DNA of 64,000 nt from Azolla caroliniana (Eukaryota > Plantae > Polypodiophyta), in assembly GCA_043228905.1 (NCBI GenBank), contig JBHGNT010000017.1, forward strand, positions 6,510,001 to 6,574,000. Direction: 5' to 3'. The notes beneath the pieces are model-generated. The model saw nothing but the letters and a program-made list of their open reading frames with translations, did not search any database and had not been told where the DNA came from. The position numbers were made by a program, and so were the translations under genes. Below are positions 1 to 11,400 of the stretch, piece after piece. How positions within the stretch are numbered: the stretch's first letter is position 1; each line of letters opens with the position of its first letter.

Positions 1-3000
1 GAACCCCTACGCACGGTTTGCACGGTAATCGATTTCCGTACAAGTACCATCGACCAGGTCATTGACCGGGTGAAAGAGATGGAAAAGACAAGCTCCTGGC
101 TCACACTGGGCGCACTTCAACGGGCATTACCGTCCGATGAAGACCTCCGGTTTCGGCAAGCAATACAGTGCACAATCTGCTTGAATTCCGGACACTCAGC
201 TCTAGAATGCACTATGAGGACGCAATGTGTAATCTTTCAGTCCAAGAGCCATACGACGGATAGGTGCGAGTATAATCTGTTGACTCGGCAAGCACCGCCC
301 ATCCGACAAATTGAGCCATGCAGCAGCCGGGACGAAGAAGACGAACGCTGGCGGCGAATGGACCGTGACCGACCGGCACAGGATGTCCGGTATGGCAAGC
401 GACGGGAAAATGAGGTCCAGTATGGCGAGCGACGGGAAAATAATGTCCGGTATGGTGAGCGACGGGAAAATGATGTCCGGTACGGTGATCGGCAAGATAA
501 CTATGACCGGCATGATCGGCACCAGGATTACAATAGACGATACGAACAGTACGACCGGGAGCACTCCCCCGGGTATTGTCAGCAACGGGAGGAATATGGC
601 TGATATAACGGGCAAACCCGTCAAGAGTACCGTAATAAGAAGAGCTTTAACAAAAAACGGCATTTTAAAAAAGGCGGCTACCCCCGGGATCCGGAACAAG
701 GCGCTCCAAGTAGCCAACCGGTACAAAACCCCGCGCGTACCGTAGGACCTACCCCGGGTACAACAGACAATGCCGAATCTAGCAATGCCCGGAAAGCCTA
801 CTACTACTACTGCAGACAGGAAGGCCATTATAGTAACCAATGCCCGGTGAAGAGCTATGAAAAACGACCGGCGGTAAATATGGTAGTCCCTGAGGTGGCA
901 GACCTGCAGCAGGTGACCACAAGATCGAAGGGCGTGGCCAAACAATGGGAGACACAGGAGACCATCCGCAAACAAGCAACGAAATGGGTAAAGAAAGCAA
1001 ACGAGCAGAATGTCACAGACTTACAGCAGCAAAAGGAGAACACCGCAGGGCTTGTCGGCGATAGTCACTCCGAGAACAAGACATGGCAAGCGTGGCAAGA
1101 ATGCCAGATTACGTTACCACTAGGAAGACTCCTACAACTCGTGCCTAGATTCACGGAAGGACTGAAGACGGCCATGACGGCAGGAGAACCATCACCGGCA
1201 CCGGTACTCTTCTCGAATCCGGAGGAGGGACCAACAGTGGTAGACACCAGCAGTCTGGTAATCACGGCCATTGTAAAAGGGAAAGAACTCCCCGGCATAG
1301 TTATAGACGGAGGCTCTGGGGTAAATGTAATAAGCCTCCGGACGTGTGAGGACCTAGGAATCCACGAGTGGGAGCCGTGTCCGTTCTGGTTGCGGATGGC
1401 CGATACAAGCTCAGTGCGGCCGACAGGATTAATACGGAAATTAGAAGTCACCGTCGGCGGGCATACATTTCACATCTCGGCCGTAGTGCTACAATTACAG
1501 GCACAAGGCGCATACCCACTATTGTTGGGGCGGCCATGGTTGAAAACGGCACATATCAAACAGAATTGGCGGAAAAATATAATTACCTTCCGGCGAGGAA
1601 AAGCCAAGGTACGGGTACCAACACAGCCAAGGATGAGCACTGGCAAGGAATGTACACCGTTGTATGCGGAATGCGTCAACATGCTCGAAGGGTTAGCGGA
1701 CGAAGAAGAAGCTCAATACCTGCAGGAAAACCCGAAGATCATACCCCTCTTCGAAATTGACATTTCCGAAGCCGTAGCACCGTATTTACCGCAACCGGAA
1801 GAGGCGGAAGCAGAACCGGATAAAGACGCAATCCGGGAGTTACGGCAAGCGCAGGAAGCGTTGGAACGGGAAATGGCCGTTTCACAGTGCGTAAAAGCAT
1901 CGCAACTGGAAGAGGTGAATTTAGGCACCATGGACGAAGCAAAACCGGTGCACATCGCCAAGGAGATGAAGTCCGAAGACAAAACGGCGATGATAACACT
2001 TCTCACGGAGTTCCGGGATGTGTTCGCCTGGTCATACGAAGATATGCGAGGACTCGACCCTCAGTTATACCAGCATCAAGTACACTTGAGCAAGGACGCA
2101 AAACCAGTGGCACAAAGACGGTACCGAATGAATCCCAATTATGTTGCCAAGGTCAAGGAAGAAATCGACAAACTGCTAAGAGTTGGCTTTATCCGTCCGG
2201 TAAAGAAAGCGACATGGCTGAGCCCGATCGTAGTCGTACCGAAGAAGAACGGAAAAATTCGAGTTTGCGTGGACTATCGAAAACTCAATGCGGCTACGGT
2301 AACGGAAGCATTTCCACTTCCGTTCACAGATGGAGTGTTGGATGCCGTCGCCGGCCATGAGGTCTATAGCTTCCTAGACGGATTCAGCGGATATAATCAG
2401 ATCTGGATGCACCCCGACGACCAAGAGAAAACGGCATTCGTCACCGAATGGGGGGTGTTTGTGGCCGTGGTGATGATGTTCGGACTCAAAACAGCACCGG
2501 CAACGTTTCAAAGAATCATCATGGAAATCTTTGGTGAATATATACCGGCTTTTACGCAGGTTTTCCTTGACGATTTTGCCGTCTATAGCCGGGAGGAGGA
2601 CCATTTTCAGCATCTCCGTCTTTGTCTAGAAAAGTGTAGAGCGTACCGGCTAAGCTTGAATCCGGCAAAGTGTGTATTTGGCGTGTCCAGTGGAACTTTA
2701 TTAGGACATATCGTAAGCCAGGAAGGTATAGCAGTCGACCCAGACAAAGTGAAAGCCATATTAGAAGCACCGGCGCCGGCAACGGCAAAGGCATTGAGCC
2801 GGTTCTTAGGCCAGATCCGGTGGCACAGTCGGATGCTCCGATACTTGGTCGACCTGGCTACACCGTTGCATGCCGCCGTACATCGGACACCATTCCAGTG
2901 GACCGATACTGAGGATAGGGCGTATAAGGCCCTCAAGGTACTATTATCGCAGGCACCGGTAGTACAACCTCCAGATTGGAGTAAAGAATTTCACGTGTTC

Positions 3001-4835
3001 GTGGACGCCTCCGACATCGCAATCGGAAGCGTACTGATGCAGCTTACAGAACCAAAGTGGTACCGGCCAGTGTACTATGCCAGCCGGAAGCTATCCCAAG
3101 CAAAACGGAACTACTCTACTACGGAACGGGAAGCTCTAGGAATGATCTACAGTGTGACAAAGTTTCGGCACTATTTATTGGGAATGAAGTTTTCCTTCCA
3201 TGTAGATCATTCAGCACTCCTTTACCTGGTGTCCAAGGCGTCACTCACTGGCAAATTGGCCCGGTGGACCTTACTGTTACAGGAGTTCGAGTTTGAAATA
3301 TTCCACCGACCCGGTATACAGCATGCCGTAGCAGATTACTTAAGCCGATTGGAGTCCGGAGAGACGGGTGACGGAGTACCGGATGAGTTTTCGGATGCGG
3401 AGCTGTTTCGAGTCACTACGGAGACGACAGCAGATGAGACAGTAGCCCAGGAAGACAAGTGGCTCACAAATATGCACCAATTTCTGAGCACAGAACTGCC
3501 TCCGGAAGAGCTGAACCGGGACGAACGGAAACGCCTGGCGGTACAAAGCCGACATTTCTGCTTACTGCAAGACACACTATACCACAAGGGAGCTGACGGC
3601 ATATGGAGACGGGCGGTGCGCAGCGATGAAAAGGAACTGATACTGAGGGAAGCCCACTGTGGAGTTGCCGGAGGTCACTATGCCGGAGATGCGACAGCTA
3701 GAAAAATATGGCAAAGTGGCCTATGGTGGCCAACGACATTAAGAGATGCGGTACGGTACGAAAAAGAATGTGACCTATGCCAGAGAATGGGCCAGCCAAC
3801 GGAGCAGGCTCGTATGCCACACCAACCGGTACTACCACTCGAGCCATTCCAAAAGTGGGGGCTGGACATTGTAGGACCGTTCAAGCCACCGGCAATGAGA
3901 ACGGGTAATCGGTACGTTATCGTTGCTACGGATTACTGCACGAAATGGGTGGAGGCCAAAGCTTTACGGGATAACACCGTTGCGTCAATGGCAAAGTTTC
4001 TATATGAGTACATCTGGTGCCGTTACGGATGCCCCATTGAATTGATAAGTGACCAAGGGGGGCACTTTCTCGGACAAGTGGTGGAAAGCCTAACGACCTT
4101 CTATGCCGTGGTCCACAAACGAAGCACACCTTACTATCCACAGGCGAACGGATTAGCGGAATCAACAAACAAGACGCTCCAGAACATCCTTCGGAAGATC
4201 GTCAACGAGAACCGGACGGATTGGGACACAAAGCTACATAGTGTGCGCTTTGGGCATACCGGACGGCATACAAAACGAGCATCCGAACAACACCGTTCCG
4301 GTTGGCGTTCGGACTCGAGGCGGTCATGCCGGTAGAATTTCAAGTACCTAGCTTACGGATTCAGCTACGAGAACGGCTGAACGAGAAGGAGTCGGAGAAA
4401 ATAAGGTTGACAGCGTTGTGTGAGCTGGAGGAACAACGGTTGGCCAGCATCCTACATTTAGAATTAGAGCAACGGCGACGGAAAGCATTCGTCGACCGGC
4501 ACAGGAAAGGTAACGAAAAAATGTTCGCAATTGGCAAACCAGTGCTAGTATTCCAAACCCGGATGGGCAAAATGCCGGGTAAACTAAGGTTTAGATGGAC
4601 CGGACCATATTGGCTAACACGGGAGTATAATGGGTCCTACCAGTTGGGGACACTTGCCGGCGAAGTGCTGGGCAAATGGGTGAATGGATTCCGGTTAAAG
4701 GCATATAGAGGACTGATGCCTAAGAACCCGTTTGAGCAAAAGACCGACAGCAACCACGAAGACGGCAGAGACGGCAAGCCGGTAACCGGAGAGAATGTGG
4801 CCGGTAAGGGTCCGGGACGACCAACGGACATGTGA
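1..4835 (+). pseudogene. Gag-Pol polyprotein of Gypsy A (one premature stop, one frameshift)
   Basis: One frame from base 1. Motifs: CCHC knuckles (CTICLNSGHSALEC, YYCRQEGHYSNQC), protease IDGGSGVN, RT FLDGFSGYNQI...FLDDF, RNase H DASDIAIG, integrase HHCC/DDE and a GPY-type tail. TGA at 601-603. A +2 frameshift near 4241 moves the C-terminus into ORF 4302-4835. No chromodomain and no second RNase H seen. Confidence 0.93.
382..500 (+). repeat. 30-bp tandem repeat (about 4 units) encoding DVRYGERREN in Gag
   Basis: gatgtccggtatggcgagcgacgggaaaat-like units at 382, 412, 442, 472. Confidence 0.85.
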
Positions 4836-5211
4836 CGTCACACTAATAATTATAATAACTGAAGAAAAAAAAAAAAAAACAATCATGCAAAAGCGAGGAA
4901 TGAATGGATGAAAGAGCGTGGAGCGAAAAGGTACGTAGTGGGCATTTAAAGCGCCACCACAGGACATAATGCTATTTTAAGTACGCGACATGCACAAACT
5001 CGAAAAAGGCGCCAGAATGCACAGACAAAAACCATTGCGCGTAGAGACCCTCTATTTTCGCGAACCCAGGAGCACAGAAGCACCGAAACGCTGCAAGATT
5101 ATCAGAAGAGAACCTGCGCACAGAGAACCCCCGCCTTCTGAACTCTCTCTTTCTCAACCCCGCTCTCATCACCATCCATCCTTGCCACCGCAGTCCGACC
5201 CCGACACAGAA

Positions 5212-7983
5212 ATGGACCCGCAAACGCTGTCGGAAGCCGCCAAGACATGGTTGAAGCAACACGGGCTCGAGGGCTTCTTGATGATGATGGAAGTACCGCC
5301 ACACAAAGAAGCCGACAAAGTGATCAAGGAAATCGATACAGAGGTCATAACGGCAGAGGCGATTCGAGCGTTAACAGGCCTTCCGGAGGGAGGCATACTC
5401 ACGATCGACAATCCAACCCCGGAGCAACTCATCAGGTATTTTGGTGAGTACTCTCTAGCCAGCAAGGGCTACCGGACACAGGGCGGCGGAGATATGCTGT
5501 TCCACGAAATTGCTCGTGTGCTCCATGAATACGGCCACGTATACCCTAGACCCCCTGTCATGCCGCAGAACCGGGCAGGGATGATCATCGCCACCTATGA
5601 AGGGATCAAGGTGGATTGGCCGGTATGGATTGCAGACGGGTTGTGTGCGGCAATCGAGATCGTCAGAGGCAAAGACGGCAAAGAAGGCCGAGACGGACGA
5701 AGGATATGGCATGACGTAACGCAGTGACTCACCCTGCTGGTGCCACCCGTTCAGACCGTCTAGCCCAAGAAGCGAGGAAGAGTGCCGGACGGCACCCCAA
5801 GGACGGCTTCCAAACGGCAGCAGTTGTTGGCCTCTAAGGCCAGTAAGGGAAAGGCGGTGGATGCAGACCAGGCGGCAGCAGGAAGTGGCAGCCGGAAGCG
5901 CCCAACGGAGGCGCAAGAGGAACCACCGGCACGACCCGTAAAGGTCACACTCCGCCGACCGGTGAATCGAGAAGTGGACCCCTTGGCGGCAAAACTCAAT
6001 GCCGGAGCTCAGGAGGAGGAAATAGAGGAGGAGCCTATGGAGCACCTCCAGCGACGGTCGTCGGCAAGGACCGTTGAGACAGCCGGGAAATGTTCGGACC
6101 CTCAGACGGAGGGAACACCAGCTCCCCATACTGAGACTCCTACGCCAAGGAAGGAACTGGAACCGGTGCAGAAGGAACCGGAAACAGAAGCCCCGGCACC
6201 ACCGGCAACACCGGCAAGTCCCATTCTGCCAGAGCCGGAAAGGTCACTGCAGCCTCCCTCGGTCAGCCAAGAAGAAGCGCAAGGGGACCAAGGACAGCAG
6301 GATGGTCCACGGACAGAAACGGAACTGGAACTCGGCGCAACCAGGCGGGACCACCCCTCTACAAGTGAGCCCATCTATCAAACCTCCGTGCAAGCACAAC
6401 AAGGCACCGGTAGCCTATGGCTCCGGTGGATAGGCGAACAGATAGCCGGAGCAGTGGGGTATATAGAGGCGGAAGAAAGAGCGCAAAGCGAACGGTTGCT
6501 CGTCACAACCGAACAACTAGAGACGGCCCGGTCCAGAATCCGGTGCCTTGAAAAAGATTTGGATCAGGTCACGACAGAGATGGCTAAAATACGGATCCAA
6601 TCACCGGTGACTCCAGTCAATGTACAGAATAATGAAACGGAACGACCTGTACATAGGAATAAGACCCCGGCAACGGAAACCGTTCCGGCGAGAGATGCGG
6701 CGCAAGCTAGGGAGCTTGCGGAATTGAGAGAGGAACTTGCCGCACAAGAAGCGCTAAGGAGCCGTGAACGAGAATTGAAGATGGCGGCCGAAGCCGAATT
6801 AAAGAAGACTGCTGAGAACCTCCGCCGGGCAGAGGAGAGCCTCCAGAAAGGCCATCAAGCGTACGACCGGCTAAAGGAGGAGAAAGACAAAGTGCTGCAG
6901 GAAAAGGACAAGCTGCGGAAAACGGCGGAAACAGAGATAGAACGGCTAAAGGAAGAGCTCCGCCAGCAGAAGGACCGCGAGGACCGGGCCCGTCGTCATA
7001 TCAACGCACGGCTCAAGCAAAAGACGGATGATTTTGAGCACCTGCACCGGGACTACAAACGGCTGGAAATAGAGAATAAAGAACGGATGGCCGAGCTCCA
7101 ACAGGCAGTTGATCGGGCCGCAACGGCGATCGCCGACGAACGGGCGGAAAATACAAGACGCTTGGAAGAGGCGGAGAAGGTCCGGATGGAGCTCCAGAAG
7201 CAGCAGCAGGAAGACAAAGAGAGAGCGTCTACAGTATTGTAGAAATTACAAAGTACATATGAAAGGCAACTGACGCATTACAAGGCGCAGGCGGAGGACA
7301 ACGTAAAAATCATCAAACAACTGAAGGAGGAACAGCAAGCGGCAAAAACCAAATCGCAATTGGGAACGAGCCGGATTCAGTCCATCCTCCGGGCATGGCT
7401 GAATCAGACGAAGCACTTGATTGATGAAAGCTCCGTAAAATGGTGGACAAAGTGGGCACAAAACGCGGCAGAACTCCAGTTGCTACGGGCGGATGTGGCA
7501 AACCGGCGGAAGGAAGGAGATGACTGTTATACGCTGACTTCCGAGGACTTCACCGCCATACGGGACGAGCTGGCCGACGACTTCCAAGTCCTGGCAGATG
7601 AACAGCTGGCGCAGGTCAGACAGCTCGTAGCTCAGCTGGACGATGATAGGCTGGACGCTCAAATCCAGTTTGAAAGCTACGAGCGGTCCCGGGTACGGGA
7701 AGAAAAAGCACAGGAAGCGACAACGGTTAACCTTAGTGATGAGGAACCGTCGTCGGCTGAGGGCCAACCAGGAACCAGTCAACCGGAGACCACCATGACG
7801 CAGGGAGCAACGACGGAGACGCCGGTGTCAGAGCCACAAACGGAGGAGCAGCCGCAGCAACCACCAACGGACCCGCCGCAGCAGACAGCAACAGAGCAGC
7901 AACAACAACAACAACAACCACTTCCAGATGAACCATTGGAGCCTCTCGAATAGAGCATTCTGGACATTTTGGACGAAGAATAG
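5212..7983 (+). pseudogene. Extra 3' ORF of Gypsy A (about 920 aa; globular N-domain, disordered linker, coiled coil, conserved helical C-domain)
   Basis: ORFs 4990-5727, 5782-7242 and 7360-7953 share one frame, broken only by point stops at 5725, 5761, 7240 and 7951. It ends SILDILDEE*. Homologous to the extra ORF of element B. Confidence 0.85.
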
Positions 7984-7992
7984 CAAGGGTTG

Positions 7993-8035
7993 GTTGTGGA
8001 TTCGACGTAGAAGGGACTGTCCCACGGGCGTGCCA
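7993..8035 (-). promoter_or_regulatory. tRNA-Arg-type primer-binding site on the minus strand, at the position where a PPT is expected (element A)
   Basis: Minus strand reads LTR end GGTAACA + CA + TGGCACGCCCGTGGGAC. This resembles the recalled Tat/Ogre tRNA-Arg PBS TGGCACGCCC(A/G)GTGGGAC. Confidence 0.7.
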
Positions 8036-8037
8036 TG

Positions 8038-8471
8038 TGTTACCGGCCGGCAAAGGAGTCCAGAGTGGGAAACGGAGAGCTAATTAAGTAGTAGGAATGT
8101 GGTTGTAATTAAGCTATGAGTGTGGACGGACGGACCGGAATCGGTATGCCGTTCCGGATCCGGACCGATCCCAAACAGGTGCGGATGGCACCATTTTGTA
8201 ACACAGACTGAAAACCTATTTAAAGAGCCCGGATACAATGTAATAGTTAGCGGTTAATTAATGAAAGCTTAAGTGTTGTTATATCTCTGTGTCAATTGCC
8301 GTTCTGTCTTAATTGTTATATCTTACGCGTGTTATGAAGACGATCCTAATAAGTAATTTGATTAAGTCGGATTAAGCGTTGAAGTCTAATCCGGTTGCCG
8401 TAACACCCTTTGGTTAAGTGTCTCCCGTAGACACCCTGTGTTAGGCCATTGTCCGGCCCGAAGAGTTAACA
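8038..8471 (+). repeat. Downstream LTR of Gypsy A (434 bp)
   Basis: TGTTA...TAACA termini; TATA-like ctatttaaag near 8216 followed by an AT-rich polyadenylation region. Confidence 0.75.
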
Positions 8472-11400
8472 CCGGACACTCGATCGCGAGTTGATTCACC
8501 ACCAAAACCCCCGTCGAGCCCTCCAGAGGTCAATCAACCGGAACTAAACCCTTTTCCGGTGCTACCAGAAGACCCAGAGTACGACATCATGCCGTACCCA
8601 TACCCACGATACACCGATGGACCAGATGCGGAGTCACACATCCGTGCCTTCATATCCACGTGGCAGGCCAACCACTCAACGCACCGCCTCACGCCGGCCG
8701 AAATCGATGCCTCAAAGATTGCCGAGTTCACACTCTCCCTCGATGGACCGGCCGCACAATGGTACTCTCGCCTCGAAATAGGAGAGGCCACCACTTTCCA
8801 AATTGTGCACACAAAGTTCCTTGAACTTTTTCATCGTGAGGTGCCTAAACGGGAACTGCTCCGGCAATTCTTCTCTATATGCCAGGAACCACACGAAACG
8901 GTCGCGCAGTTCACGATCCGGTTCCAGGATATCTACAGACAAGTGGCCGATGATGTCTCGGCACAACATATACCGGACACTTTCCTGTCCAGTTTATGAG
9001 AGCCTCTCCAAATGACTCTCACACTTACAAATTTCGCCAACCATACTATTGAACAAGGCATAGCACGGGTTCTCGCCCTCAATCAGACCCAGCACGGCGT
9101 GGCCTTCTCGATGACAGCCTTACAAAACGCTCTTCCCCAAGAGGACAATCGCTTTCGCCAAGCTCTCCAATGCACGGCGTGTTCAGAATCAGGGCACCTG
9201 GCCCTCGAATGTCCCCACCAACCATAGTGTCCGATCTGTCAGTCTCGAGCTCACACTGTCGAGCACTTCTAGCCAAGAAATACATACTCTCGACAGGACG
9301 AGCGATATGCCTACCGAGACCAGGATAACGACCGACCGCGATCCGCGGATCGATGGTGCCGAGACGATTACTACCGACGTGATGACCGCCGTGATCACTA
9401 TCGTGATGACTGGCACGACGATTATGCTCGCTATGATGACGATCGCGATGACCGGTATGACCGACGGAACTCACGCATTGATCGGTGAAACGGCAACCGC
9501 AACTCACGCAACAATAGAAGACATACCGACAACCGCCGACGCGACGCTCCTCAAAATGACCAGCGCAACTCCAACGCACCTCGGAACAACCCACCACCAA
9601 ACGAGACTGGGAATCAACAGCAATAGCTTCCACACACAGACCGAGCGGACACCAGCAGCTCGGCCAACGTTACGTGTTTTAAATGTAACCAACCAAGCCA
9701 CTACGCCACGCAAGGTCCAACAACCGACCGTGGCAAGGCACCCGCGGTGAACAGTATCATGGCCGATGTGCAAACCGTCACTACCCGGGGTAAAGCGCAG
9801 ACTACACAGTGGCAAATCCAAGATGAAGTCCGTCAGACAGCAAAAGAATGGATCGACACGGCCAATAAAAATAATGTCGTGTGCATGCAAACTGACATGA
9901 GAGACGGGCCCAGTAAAGCACCACAAACCACGGTACCATCCACGTCGTCGGAGGATGACCAGCTATGGGATGTTCTTACCAACTCCCACATCTCGCTGCC
10001 CCTACATAAACTGTTACCATTCATGCCGAGATTTTGGGACACCCTGGCGGCACTCTAGGCCAATACTAAGCCTGTGACGCCACCGGTACACCTCACCGAA
10101 GCAGGAACCGGTCCACCACTCATGGATTCTCAGAACCCAGTCGTGCGAATCATCATTAAGGGACAAGACCTGCACGGATGCATCATCAACGGCAAATCCG
10201 GCGTAAACGTTATTAGTGAGTCAACGTGTCACAACCTCGGCCTGAATCAATGGGAACCATGCCCCTTTTGGCTTCGGATGGCCGACACCCGCTCCGTTCG
10301 CCCCATTGGTTTAATCCGCCATCTCGACTTCACACTCGGAGGCCACATGTTCACGATCTCGGCCGTCGTGCTAAGGCTGGAGACACAAGGCGCCTACCCA
10401 ATGTTACTAGGTCGACCATGGTTGCGTACAGCGAATATCAAGCAACATTGGCAACGCAACATGATCTCGTTCCAAAGAGGCAAGACAAAAGTCTGAATCA
10501 TCACTAAAGAACGAGTCCCTGTCGCCCTCAACACTTCGCCGTTATACGCGGAAGGGGTCCATATGCTTGACGGTTTGGCCGATGAGGAGGTCGATGACTT
10601 CCTAGATGATCATCCCATGATCATCCCTCTCTTCGAAATCAATGCCTTACCAACCATCGAGCCACCTAAAGACGAGGAAGTCACGAAGGAATCACCACCC
10701 CAAGTTGAACCAGATCCAACCATAGTGGCTGAGCTACGCCATGCTCGGGAGGCTTTCAAATGCGAACTCGCCATTTCACAACGAGTCAAAGCATCAACCC
10801 TGGAAACAATAAACCTCGGATCGGACGAGAATCCCTGTACGTTACAAATTGCCAATAATCTACCAACTGAAGAACGGGCATCCCTCGTACGATTGCTCAC
10901 TGACTACCAGGATGTTTTCGCTTGGTCTTACACCGATATGAAGGGGTTGGATCCTCAATACTACCAACATCAAATTCACATCTTACTCGACACTCGGCCG
11001 GTTCAGCAGAGGCGCTACAGGATGAACCCCAACTACGCCGCTAAAGTCAAAGAGGAAATCGACAAACTACTCTGAGTGGGCTTCATTCGCCCTGTTAAAC
11101 GGGCCACATGGTTGAGCCCGATCATAGTGGTCCCAAAGAAGAACGGAAAAATCCGCGTCTGCGTCGACTATTGGAAGCTTAACACGGCAACCGTCACCGA
11201 CGGTTTCCCTCTCCCCTTCACGGACAGCGTCCTCGACACGGTAGCTGGCCACAAATGCTACAGTTTCCTCGACGGGTTCAGTGGCTATAACCAGATAAGA
11301 ATGCACCCGGAGGATCAGGAGAAAACCGCTTTCGTCACGGAATGAGGTGTTTTTGTAGCAAAAGTAATGATGTTCGGTCTAAAAACGGCGCCGGCTACGT

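Larger units (their letters stand above)
1..8471 (+). mobile_element. Ty3/Gypsy LTR retrotransposon A (non-chromovirus, Athila/Tat-like RT; 5' end outside window), nested in gag of element B
   Basis: Order is gag-PR-RT-RH-INT, then an extra ORF, then an LTR TGTTA...TAACA at 8038-8471. Gag sequence of element B follows immediately. Confidence 0.92.

Noticed and set aside
601-603. Programmed stop-codon readthrough between gag and pol
   Set aside because: The TGA lies within gag before the last knuckle in an Arg-rich tract and is best explained as CGA>TGA decay, like many other stops in A and B.
202-975. 257-aa hydrophobic antisense ORF (and overlapping 311-745, 9307-9750) in the gag regions
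   Set aside because: By-products of the repetitive Arg/Asp-coding tract. No independent motifs and not conserved between A and B.
4990-7953. Three separate genes or an env gene downstream of pol
   Set aside because: The pieces share one frame and are split by single C>T/G>A-type stops. No convincing signal peptide or transmembrane segment.
8018-8478. Alternative LTR boundaries TGTCC...GGACA for element A
   Set aside because: Element B has the same TGTCC motif but its LTR ends in TAACA. TGTT...AACA termini fit both elements and place the tRNA motif 2 nt from the LTR. Not fully excluded without the partner LTRs.
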